Assembly: GCF_006345805.1 (NCBI RefSeq)
Contig: NC_042998.1
Span: 88,102,001 to 88,166,000 of the forward strand
DNA: 64,000 nt
Reading direction: 5' to 3'
Source: Octopus sinensis
Taxonomy: Eukaryota
A program made the translations under genes and the position numbers. The notes below the pieces were generated by a model. It worked only from the letters and a program-made list of their open reading frames with translations, was not told the DNA's origin and did not search any database. Below, piece after piece: positions 51,501 through 62,881 of this stretch. Positions within the stretch are counted from its first letter, which is position 1, and every line of letters starts with the position of its first letter.

Positions 51501-53087
51501 TTACATATATGTATATATATGTACACACAAACGCGTGCACATACTCACGCACATAACCGTGCTTGGAAACAAGTTTGTAACAGGAAGAAATTTTGGGCAA
51601 CAAGCTTCATACAAGCATGCAAATGTGGACGTTATAACAAGGTAATACATACAAACATATACGAACGTGCGCATGTATGTAAACATGGAAGAGTGAACTT
51701 CAAACGATGATGATGATGATGATGATGATGATATTAAGCCACCTTTAGCAACATGCACCATACTTTCGGTAATTGTTTTAGGTACTTCTCTAGTCGCAAG
51801 CAGACATAGACTTTATTTCGTTTCCCCTCACCCTTTGCCTAGTTGCACATCCAAGATATGGTAGATGGTAGAAAAGAGAGTTGTGCCAGCACCTGGCTGG
51901 TACTCATTTACAGCTGACTGAATCAAGCAATGCGAAATGAAGTGGTTTCACAGAAGTAGAATGTAGTATCCAGTCCATGAATTGAACCTACAAATTTTCC
52001 GGCGTGAACACACTACCATTAGATCACGCACCACTACAGATTGAGCCACTAGTAGAATAAATGCATTAGTGATGTTATTGAATTGTAATTGCTTTCGCTT
52101 GGCCTTCAAAACGTTTCGAACTATCGGTTTGTCAGTTTATAAACTTAAGGTAGAATGATACAGTTATGTAAAAATGAGATTATTTCAGAGTGTTGGAAGC
52201 TACTTCGTACTTAAACATACTTCTACAAAAACTGTGTTAGTGACACTCCTAAGTTGATGAGCAATTTAATCTGTAGTCAATTACAGTACTCATTAATGAC
52301 ATTTTAAAAAATTGCTGTATATATTTTAATGTCAATAAGATAAAGGTTGAATGCTTAACCATTCGCCCGCAGAGAAGGAAAATATGTTAAGTGTTGTTCT
52401 TCCGATTGAACGGAATTTAAAATGTTCTTTTTATTTAAATTAAACAAATATATAAATAACTAAAAACTATTCATTTGACACTTCGTTCTTGCAAAGTTAG
52501 TAAGTAACTAAGAGGAAATAACTCACACCGCTGCAAGGGAAATAACTCATGCATAGCCGTAAACACGCTCGTATGCCTTTGATGAAACCATAATTGAATA
52601 TCTTAAAATTAGTTATTCTTTCCTTAATCGATCCACCATTTAGTTAATATACCCTAAGTAAAGGTATCCTCTTTCACATGTTTAAAGGAAAGTAAAATAT
52701 CTTATCCGCTTATGTTGCTTTTTATATATGTGCGTAAACTTGTGACCATTAGACCCCTGTGTTAAATTTCTATAGAAATTACTTTAAAACCGCTAGGTTT
52801 TATTTAATGAAATTATTCTAGACCTAAGTATATCTCCATTCCGCTTTTGCTCTCTGATAACACGATGTCAGAATCAAATCCTAATCTGATCAAGTTATTT
52901 TTGAAAATGTGTTTACTGTATATTATTTAAATATTACATTTCTAAGAAAAATCACTACCTTTTTAAAGATTCAACGTCTTCTTGACAGCCGCACAATGTC
53001 ATCAAATACTCAGGTTTAGACCAACAGGTCTAAACTTGACTTATTTCTAAGTCAAGTGATTCTCTTATCAGAATTAGACCCCTCCAC

Positions 53088-53237
53088 CACTAGCGTAGCT
53101 AGAGTGTGTCCTGTCTGGGGCAGCCCTTCCGTTTGCCGCTCGCGGACCCCACAAAAAAAACAAATATTACCTACAGCAATAGCCTACAACAGGATGAAAA
53201 GTGCCGCTCGGGGCGGACCACCCCAGCTACGCTAGTG
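53088..53237. mobile_element. MITE with CACTAGCGTAGCT TIRs (family shared with 62719-62881)
   Basis: CACTAGCGTAGCT ... AGCTACGCTAGTG. Internal CCCTTCCGTTTG...GGACCCCACAAAAAA...GGGGCGGACC is shared with the second copy. Confidence 0.8.
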
Positions 53238-56200
53238 CCCCCACTCGTCTACATTCAATTACACTCATGAATTAAATCATATCTCTTCTGTGGGGACTTT
53301 TAATGTATATATAGAAAGGTCGGTTTTGCTGGAACACATTTCACCAAAACGCCTATGTTCGTAATACGCTTATATACATAAATTTATAACATCATTGCTG
53401 AGACTTCAAAAGATTCTAGAAAAATATAAGTTTTTGTGACCCACGTCTAAATGTTCAGCTTGCCTCACAGTCAGGCACGCTGGAGCATGCTTTGTACACC
53501 ATATAAGAACACACTGGTAAGAATTATGTTGGAATCATTTCAATTTTCAATTCCAGTAATATATTCTATCCGATGATTTTAACTAGACATGATTGTCACA
53601 ATAGTCTGTCTCCCATAATTGAATATTTTTTTCTTTTTCAAATAGCCAAATGCAGTAAATTATATGTAGCAATAAATGTCAAAAGTTAAAGGTTCGTGGG
53701 TTTGCTTAATTTATTATATATACACAGCCAGTTAAACCACACGATAATATTCATCAATACAACAAACAGGTGACTAGGCAATCGCGCCGACATTGGTGAC
53801 AAAGCAACCTCATGACAAGTGTTATTAGTCCACAACATGTCATTGTAGCTCCTCTGCCTTTTAGATCGATGGATCAAGGAAGAAACACAAGTTTTTGCTG
53901 ACGACCGTTCGTTCTCCCACAGCTGGATTGAGCAGGCAGACTGAATTCGGTGTCCGCACACATTCATGTTTATTTATTTCAACAATATTTGAACACTGTC
54001 AATTTGGAGCACACAAAATCTTTGCTTGGAGCACTCATGTTTCAAAATTTTGTATGCTACTTCTTCATCTTCGTTCTCGTCATCAACCAGTATAAAAACA
54101 TAACAGTACACCTCTTAATCCTCTGCAAAATGCTCAAGAATATAATTCTCCACCCCTGAATCTGTAAAGTCACCACATGCTTATTCTCAATTTTCTAAAC
54201 CAAATTTGGCTAGCAGTATTTGCCTGTACTTTTATTATCCACATAACTTCGGGGTATCTTCAAGTGACGCCGATTCACAGATTTAAATGCCAAACTCTTA
54301 ACATTCTTTTAAGTTCAAGTGCTACTACGTGTACCAGTGTATTTTTAATAGAGGGGTTAGTTGGAACATGTTTCAACGAACAAGCAAATTATTTCCTGCT
54401 TCATTCCAATTACATTTTAGTAAACAATCGACACACGAAATTCTTCATTTTTGACAACTGTGTTTACTAAACAAACTAAACATTTCTAACAAGTGAAAAT
54501 TATACTTTAAGATGGGGGAACATATAGGAACCTTTCTGTTCGCTTGCAAAGCTTCTGTATCGGCTTTCACCTTATTACATTTATCTCCAAGTTCTTTGAT
54601 ATTGTTTTAAAAAAAAACAAAAAAAAAACAGTGGAAAAAGCAGGTATCTCATGTTACGACGCGTTCCAACTAACCTCACATTTCCCAATACATGTAAATA
54701 CAACATCCATACAAACACATATGTAATGCATATCACACACACACACACATGTGGTGTGTGTTTGTGAGTGTATGCGTCGTTTATTGAAACTTATGTTTTA
54801 TCCCACGATTCGAGTTTCATGTCACGGCGATTTTCACTTTTTTTTCCTACTCTAGGCACAAGGCCTGAAATTTTGAGGGAGGTGGGCCAGTCGATTAGAT
54901 AGACCTCAGTACGCAACTGTTACTTAATTTATTGGCTCCGAAAAGAAGAAAGGCAAAGTGAACCTCAGCGGAATTTGAACTCCGAGCGAAAAAGACAGGA
55001 GAAATATCACTAAGCATTTCGCCCGGCGTGCTAACGTTTTTGCTATCTGGCTGCCTTGAAAATATACAATATTACGTTAATAGTTTTCGTTAAGCAGAGA
55101 AAAGAAAGTCGTATAAAGTACTTCACTCATCATTTTATCAACCTCGACAACAATGAAAGACAAATCTTGCATTCTGATTATTGAGAGCAAATAAGATGCC
55201 GTCGCTCACAAATTAACGTGATCAACACTGCGTTGTACCCGCTATCCAGCTCTAAATTCTGCTTCCTCTAACAATATTTTCAACAAATTACTCCAACCAT
55301 CACCATCTTTTATGCAAGCTGAAAAATACCGTTGACAAGTTATAATCAACTTCTGTGCAAGAAATCTATAATATTTGTCATGCATGCCACCTAGTAACCT
55401 GTTGTAGGCAAAAATTTTTAATGTTTCACGTCATTTCACGTGATAGTACGATCCTCTTACCTTTCCCGCCTCAACCCAACTCTGTCTTCTATCCTCCTAT
55501 GTTCTGAAATTGATCTCTCCTGCTGTTATCATTACTGAAAGTTTGTGCTTTTAGTTGGGTCAACAAATTTTATTTAAGCCTGTCAGAATTTGTGCGGCAC
55601 CCCCAGCGCACTGATTTTAGCACATTAGGCGATCACCGACCTTGCACATAGCCAAACGTTAGCAATATAGTTGATGAATGGTAGCTTACCAGGTTATTGG
55701 TGTATCAAGAGGAAAACCAACTCTTCATCTCTCATCAACTACCAAAAAGCATTTTAACATGCATAGACTCATATAATATTGGTTTCAAATTTTGGCAGAA
55801 GGCTAACAATTTCTGGGGAGTGGGTAAGTCAATACTCCAGTGTCCAACTGGTACATATTTTATCGACCCCGAAAGGATAAAAAGCAAAGTCGACCTTGAC
55901 GGAATTTGAACTCAGGACGTAAGGACAGACGACATGTTGCTGAGCATTTTGCCTGGCACAGTAACGATTCTGCCAGCTTGCCGACCGAGACTCATACATA
56001 TTAAGCTGAAATTAAGTGTAACAGAAAAAGGCACATGGCAGAGTCGTTAAAGCGTCGGACAGAATACCTGCGCTGTTTAGTTAAGATTTTTACATCTGGT
56101 GTTTAAATTCCTCCGCGTTCAGCTTTGCTTTTGATTCTTCCGGAGCATTCAAGAACTGGTGTCGATTTGGAAGATCGTTTTATCAGACGGCAGGAGCACT

Positions 56201-57681
56201 ACAGAATTAACGAGAGATACATCAGCTTCCAGTAATATATTTAGAGCTGTTCCCACGTTGAACCCATTAATAGAGGCGACATAAAAAACAGAACAAAGAA
56301 ACATTACATCAAAATTTTTCCCAGAAATAATATGCATCACTGACTGATAGCACGCCACATGCATTTACATAAATGCGTAGGTGTGTATGTGTGTATATGT
56401 GTGCATATCTGTGTGTATGTCTGTCCTGTCCAATAGATAGTGAGCAACAATCTGTTGACTTATGTTAATGGTCCTTTGAATGCACCGTTGCTATCTAAAA
56501 ACGCGTGGGTAGTTTCAAGTAACAGTTTGTTGCTTACGTTACTACTATAGCTCTGTTAAGATTAAAATGTTTTGTTCGAATGAAAATATCCTAAACGTCA
56601 CACAGGTCGTAGCAGATCAAGCGAGTGCTGCAAAATATTGATTTGTTTTGACGAAGTACAGAGCAAATGTCTACAGTGACTGGATATGATCAATAGAATC
56701 GATCTAAAAAATAGTTTTCTATTATTTTATCGATGCAAGGATGGAAAATAAGTCAAATCTGACGGGATTATAATTCAGAGTTACAAAAGATTGGCTCACA
56801 TTCGTCTAGGTTTATTGACTGAACTAACGAGATATGAACATCTCTGACATTACCGAGATCATTGACTGTATAAATGAAGTGAAATAGTTTCGACCAGGAA
56901 TTGAAACCGTGTAATGACCTTTGTTGTGTGTGAACTCCTGAAGTTATCCCTTAATTCTTTAGTGATGTATGGTGACAGCAAAAATATGATAAGAAACTTC
57001 TACTTGCCTGGGATATACGTATGAGGTAAAAGTCAGTCTTAAATAAATTGTATTTTGGAATTGCTTCAGTCACCAATGGGAGAGCGTTTACAAAATATAT
57101 ACTAGATACTAAAGAAGTAGCCTCTCTAATCTGAAGTTGGAATCCATACAATTTGGAATCGATTACCAACTACATTAATAACCCATGAAAACATGCAGCA
57201 ACAACAAGATTGCTTTTGATGGGTTTCAAATTTGATACAAAGTCAAAAATTAGTAACATTAGAAATAGTCGTTGTGCTTTCAGTGGCAAAGATGAATATG
57301 CATGAGCAGATGTTTCTGGATCCTTCAGTAGTAACAATTAAAGCAGTAAGCGCTTTGGTGAAGTGTAATTATTTCATGAGTAAGGAAGGGAGTCAAATTC
57401 TTTTTGATTAAGAGTAGCTCCGATGTCAGCTTCAGAGACGTCTTTTCAATTGCAAGTGGCGTTTGGTTGTCTTGGATGAATCACGAATGTAGTTTTTACT
57501 GTATGAGCCAACCATGACATTCTGAAATTTGAAGTCAAAACGTAGCTTTTGAAGAAAGATTATATCTCTTCATGAACAGACTTATGGGCGACTGTTTGCA
57601 AAAGGCGAGCTGTTGAAGGAAGGCTTTTTGTTTTTAGCAATCAAGACATTGTCATAGATAGTTTACACACTCACGAGTTTC

Positions 57682-58180
57682 GGATCTTTTCGGTTTGAAC
57701 GGCAGTTTTTAACATAATTTCTAGGTAACTAAAAAATGTTAAACTTCGTATACTGGTAGAATGTGTTTATAAAACATCTATTTCTCTTGGCTTTATTGAG
57801 AAAATTCTATAGTTTGTAAGATATTTGTTGTTGTTTTTCTTCAATTTCTGCAATTTCAACCAATCACTGACGTCTGCTGAGGTAAAAAAAACATTCTGTG
57901 CCGTACGAATTTCTGCAATTTCAACCAATCACTGACGTCTACTGAGGTAAAAAAAACATTCTGTGCCGTACGAATATTCCCTCGTTTAAGAAACAGATTG
58001 GGTTTATTTACATTTATGAAGAAAAAAAAAGATACCCTTCCCCCACCCCTAACCCTAACCCTAAGTAACTCTAACCCTAAAACAGATTGAAATGCAATAG
58101 ATCGATACTAGGGTCATAATTATGGGTGGCAATTTCATATGACACCGCAGGAAAAACTGCCGTTCAAACTGAAAAGATCC
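57682..58180. mobile_element. 499-bp MITE with about 29-bp TIRs, candidate 8-bp TSD, internal 65-bp duplication and CCCTAA repeats
   Basis: GGATCTTTTCGGTTTGAACGGCAGTTTTT ... AAAAACTGCCGTTCAAACTGAAAAGATCC. Flanks CGAGTTTC / CGAGTTTG. Tandem units start at 57843 and 57908. Confidence 0.88.
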
Positions 58181-59013
58181 CGAGTTTGAAATGAAAGTTA
58201 CCAAAGCCTTCTAATGTAGCTTTATTCCACAAGCAGCCACCGTTGAACTTCAAGAAGTGTCGGTAACGCATCGAGATTTTCAGGTCGTAGTCCACGTTTC
58301 AGACGAAGGATTTCAAGGTATATTGTTTTATCAGCAATATTCATCGTGTACCATTGGAAGACCGTACTTTAAATGGCACATCTGAATAGTTGCTGATTAT
58401 ATGTATAATGTATTCCACATAAATATGGCATAGTCAACATTTTCGGTCGCAGCTTATGGGTTTAAGTGTTTCACTGCTTTTTTATTTGATATATATATTG
58501 TAGCTAACCTCTATCCCAGATAGCAAAAACATAACCTTCAAAATATCGCGTAATTTAACATTCACAACGAGGAGTTACATTTCCTGTTGATATTTTGCAT
58601 ACTTTTCAGGTTTATAGAAAGCACACAATCACAAATTTGTGTGTGTGTGTGTGTGTGCGAGAGAGAGAGAGAGAGAGAAAGATAGTGAGTGAGCGTGCGC
58701 ATATATGTATGTGCATAGCAGTTTCTGCAGCAACGTGATGCGCAAGGACTCAGTTGCATCTTATAGTATGAGTGCGTTGCATTTTATAGTAGAAACAGCC
58801 GTAAGCTAATGAAGTTCATTACATAGATTCTTGTTTCTTGGTCATTTATCTAATTTCTTATAACGCTCTGTACTCGACTGAAACTTTTTTTCTGAAGTAC
58901 AATGGGTTCTGGCACCAGGTTATTACTATTGCTATCCGTAAGCAAAATATTAGTATACACACACGCACACACACATACATACATACATAGATAATATATA
59001 CATACATATATAT

Positions 59014-59069
<56 letters not shown>

Positions 59070-59162
59070 TTTGCAGCTTTATTAATAAATCATATTACTC
59101 TACCTTCGGTATTCGAGTATGTGTATATATATATATATATATATATGCATGTATGTATGTAT

Positions 59163-59199
<37 letters not shown>

Positions 59200-59497
59200 C
59201 ATGCATACATACATACATATTTATATTATACTTGTATATACTTTGAAGCACGACATGTTACCAAAATTGGTGCTCAAAAATAGGCCTTACATTCTTATCC
59301 TATATCCAGTATGGTACGACGGGGTGCATCACCATCAACCAGCGTAATGCTTGTAAAACACTGAAGATATACTTTAACAAGATTACAACGTTTTAAGAAG
59401 GAATTATGCAATCTCAGTAGTAATTCGGGGAAACGAGTGTATGTTATGTAAAGCATAAAATACCATACACGTTTTGTGTATTATATATATATATATA

Positions 59498-59662
59498 GGC
59501 GCGGGAGTGGCTGTGTGGTAAGTAGCTTGTTTACCAACCACATGGTTCCGGGTTCAGTCCCATTGCGTGGCACCTTGGGCAAGTGTCTTCTACTATAGCC
59601 TCGGGCCGACCAAAGCCTTGTGAGTAGATTTGGTAGACGGAAACTGAAAGAAGCCCGTCGTA

Positions 59663-59704
<42 letters not shown>

Positions 59705-59932
59705 TGTGAGTGTTTGTGTGTCTGTGTTTGTCCCCCTAGCATTGCTTGACAACCGATGCTGGCGTGTTTATGTTCCCGTTACTTAGCGGTTCGGCAAAAG
59801 AGACCGATAGAATAAGTACTGGGCTTACAAAAGAATAAGTCCCGGGGTCGAGTTGCTCGATTAAAGGCGGTGTTCCAGCATGGCCGCAGTCAAATGACTG
59901 AAACAAGTAAAAGAGTAAAAGAGAGTAAAGAG
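59498..59932 (+). mobile_element. CORE-type tRNA SINE, full length
   Basis: GGCGCGGGAGTGGCTGTGTGGTAAG (A-box-like), GGGTTCAGTCCC (B-box-like), CACCTTGGGCAAGTG (MIR/CORE-like), internal (TA)(TG) tract, (GTAAAAGA)n tail. Confidence 0.9.
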
Positions 59933-59999
59933 ATATATCCAGTCAGTGTGAAAGACGTATGCATGTGTGTATTTTTGTATGTATGTATGTATGAGCGTA

Positions 60000-60413
60000 T
60001 CTCTTTTACTCTTTTACTCTTTTACTTGTTTCAGTCATTTGACTGCGGCCATGCTGGAGCACCACCTTTAATCGATCAACTCGACCCCGGGACTTATTCT
60101 TTGTAAGCCCAGTACTTATTCTGTCTGTCTCTTTTGCCGAACCGCTAAGTGACGGGGACATAAACACACCAGCATCGGTTGTCAAGCAATGCTAGGGGGA
60201 CAAACACAGACACACAAACACACCCGCACACACATATATATATATACATATACACGACGGGCTTCTTTCAGTTTCCATCTACCAAATCCACTCACAAGGC
60301 TTTGGTCGGCCCGAGGCTATAGTAGAAGACACTTGCCCAAGGTGCCACACAGTGGGACTGAACCCGGAACCATGTGGTTGGTTAGCAAGCTACTTACCAC
60401 ACAGCCACTCCTG
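60000..60413 (-). mobile_element. CORE-type tRNA SINE, inverted relative to the 59498 copy
   Basis: Reverse-complement match to 59498-59932 along its length, tail-to-tail with a spacer of about 70 nt. Confidence 0.9.
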
Positions 60414-60714
60414 TTTTAGTTTAAGTTCTTTTTGAATCGGTCGCTAAAATAGCGACAAGACGTTTTTAATCGAGAGTCCCCAGTGTTTGTAAATATGTGT
60501 TTGAGTCGGAACGTTGGTTGAACTGTCAGTGCATACACTGCAGTAATGTGTGCATCTATTCACATAAGAATCTCATACGGAGAATTTTTGGAACGTCTTC
60601 CAAATCTTCACTGTGCGACTTATAGATTTGATTTGGAGAATCCGCGTCAGTTTCTTTTGCTCTTTATCCGTGAAACCGAGTATTTCTAGGTTTTTGTGAA
60701 AATTTGTTATGAGA

Positions 60715-60715
<1 letters not shown>
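60414..60715 (-). mobile_element. Short 3' fragment of an R4/Dong-like RLE retrotransposon
   Basis: NLEILGFTDKEQKKLTRILQIKSISRTVKIWKTFQKF* parallels the C-terminus of the 61423-62650 element (NLDKLGFLERDIDLLIRTLQVQSVSETISVCKTFLKF). The 3' boundary is uncertain. Confidence 0.6.
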
Positions 60716-60747
<32 letters not shown>

Positions 60748-60876
60748 TGTATGTATGTATGTATGTATGTACGAATGTATGCATGTATGTAAATACATAT
60801 GTATGTGTGTGTATGTAATATAGGTATGAATGTAAGCATATGTGCATGTATGTATGGATTCTGTATTATGCATATA

Positions 60877-61320
60877 TATATTAATTTAGTAACATCAATT
60901 TAACACCAGTGGTTTAGCGCATAAAATACTGAGATTCAGTAAATATTATTAATACACATATGAGAGAGAATCCACTAAACTGGACGCCCTTACGCTAAAG
61001 AGAGATCCGCATGAGTCTCAACCACTAAAAATTGTTCTCAAGAAAAACTTAGTGCACCATGAACGTAAGCGAGCAGGACAAATGAAAAATAACAAAAATA
61101 ACAATTATTTTTCATTTGTCCTGCTCGCTTACGTTCATGGTGTGCTAAGTTTTTCTTGAGAACAATTTTTAGTGGTTGAGACTCATGCGGATCTCTCTTT
61201 AGCGTAAGGGCGTCCAGTTTAGTGGATTCTCTCTCATATGTGTATTAATAACATTTACTGAATCTCAGTATTTTATGCGCTAAACCACTGGTGTTAAATT
61301 GATGTTACTAAATTAATATA
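60877..61320. repeat. 444-bp near-perfect palindrome (216-bp arms, 12-nt loop)
   Basis: Arms 60877-61092 and 61105-61320 pair in register with three mismatches found by eye. Loop CAAAAATAACAA. Confidence 0.95.
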
Positions 61321-61422
61321 CAATTTTTTCACCCTCATTTTGACTATATATATATATATATGCTTATACGTTTGTATGTATGTATGTCTGTATGTATGCA
61401 TGTATATATGCATGCATGCATG

Positions 61423-62650
61423 TCTCTTCCATGTTTTTAATTATTATAAATCTTCGACTGAGGAGGGACCCAGTTTCAAACAAGGAGACAAGGCTCCATC
61501 TTTGGGATGTACTTAACATAGACAAATTCACATTTGGAACTTGAGAAAAGTCTTGCATACACTTATTGTTTCACTCACGGATTGCACTTGTAAAGTACGA
61601 ATTAGCAGGTCGATATCTCTTTCTAAAAATCCCAGTTTATCCAGATTCTCCTTTAAACATTTACTGACAAAACCTAGTGCTCCAATTATTGGTATGAATA
61701 TAAATTCATAATCTGGATATAAAAGCTAGAGGTTTCGAAGCAGTTGTCTATAGATATCCCTCTTTTCCTTTGATTTTCAATGAGATATTTATATCTGCGG
61801 GGCAGCTGACCTCTATGGCATTACATACCTTTGCTCCTCAGTCCCAAACGACAATATCTGGCCTGTTATGTTTAAATTTGACAGAAGTTTTGATGGGAAT
61901 ATTCCACCAGTATTCTTTGAGCTGGTGTTTATAAATATATTCCATAACAGAGATATTTTCTAAATTCATTTCAGTACAGTCTTTGTTGCGGATGTCATTG
62001 TAAATTGTTTTAGTGACAACATCGTGCAGCATAGGGAGATTGTACTGCGAAGACATTTAAGCACAGCATGCGTGATGTTTTCCACAGAAACATGACATAA
62101 AATACACATGCGGTTACACCTTGGGATTACAAGAGCGTTATTGTCTCTCTTGTTCACCAGGTACTTTGTGGCAATCTCCTGTTCCTGGATTGCAAACACA
62201 TAACCTTCAAAGTGTGATGTGATGTAATGGTCTTGTGTCCAATTGTATATCAATTCTGTTTTCATCAAGCTTCCGGGCATAGTCTTCTATGAGGTAAGAG
62301 AACCCAGCTGTTTTGGGGCTGTATAGGAAATCATCAGGAAAAGAGTGCTTTTTAAGGAACTCACTGCCAACTCGTACAATGTTGCTCACTTCACCTTTCA
62401 GCACTGCATTTATATATTTATTTTTGCTGCTGTTGCTCAGCAGGTGCTGCCTGAGTAATACCATACGGCATTCGAAGGCCGTCTGCACTGATCTCAGGCC
62501 TCTACCTCCTTCATTTCTTCTTAGACGCAGCCTGGCAATATCACTGTTTCTGTGAAAGTTCCCAGTTGTTGTTAGGATTTTGTTAGTTTTGATATCTATG
62601 GAGTGGATTTCCTATACAGACTAATCAAGTATCCCAAATGTTGGGATCAG
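61423..62650 (-). mobile_element. R4/Dong-clade non-LTR retrotransposon (restriction-like endonuclease type), 5'-truncated, decayed
   Basis: Frameshifted translation FGILD*..EIHSIDIKT...FHRNSDIARLRLRRNEGGRGL; EGYVFAIQEQEIATKY; CILC..SVENITH....C zinc knuckle; LHDVV; HNRPDIVVWD; IEVSCPAD; IIGALG. These are the recognised RLE-clade C-terminal motifs. Confidence 0.85.
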
Positions 62651-62718
62651 CATGTATGTATGTATGTATGTATGTATGTATGTATGTATGTATGTATGTA
62701 TGTATGCATGTATGTATG

Positions 62719-62881
62719 CACTAGAGTAGCTAGAGTATGTGCCGCTCGAGACGGCCCTTCCGTTTGCAGTCCCCGGACCCCACAAAAAACACATATTGCC
62801 TAGAAGAGACCCGAAAGCGTCGCCCCTTTAAAAGTGTCACCTGGGGCGGACCGCCCCTACCGCCCCATAGCTACTCTAGTG
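62719..62881. mobile_element. MITE with CACTAGAGTAGCTA TIRs inserted in (TATG)n
   Basis: CACTAGAGTAGCTA ... TAGCTACTCTAGTG. Flanks TATGTATG / TATGTAGG. Confidence 0.82.

Noticed and set aside
58047-58080. Telomere or chromosome-fusion scar
   Set aside because: Only about five CCCTAA-like units, located inside a TIR-bounded element.
53690-58340. Protein-like minus-strand stretches (DDENEDEEVAYKILKHEC near 54050; IYLEILRLKRGLRPENL near 58300)
   Set aside because: Stop frequency is about what random AT-rich DNA gives, and no family motif was recognised.
59498-59570. tRNA genes here and at other A/B-box-like sites (for example 39826, about 51980-52030, 29925, 50665)
   Set aside because: No cloverleaf or anticodon arm could be formed. 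Each continues into a SINE body.
62631-62647. ATCCCAA-ATG-TTGGGAT hairpin as a 5'-inversion signature of the RLE element
   Set aside because: The bases translate in frame as LIPTFGI of the element ORF, so the hairpin is coincidental.
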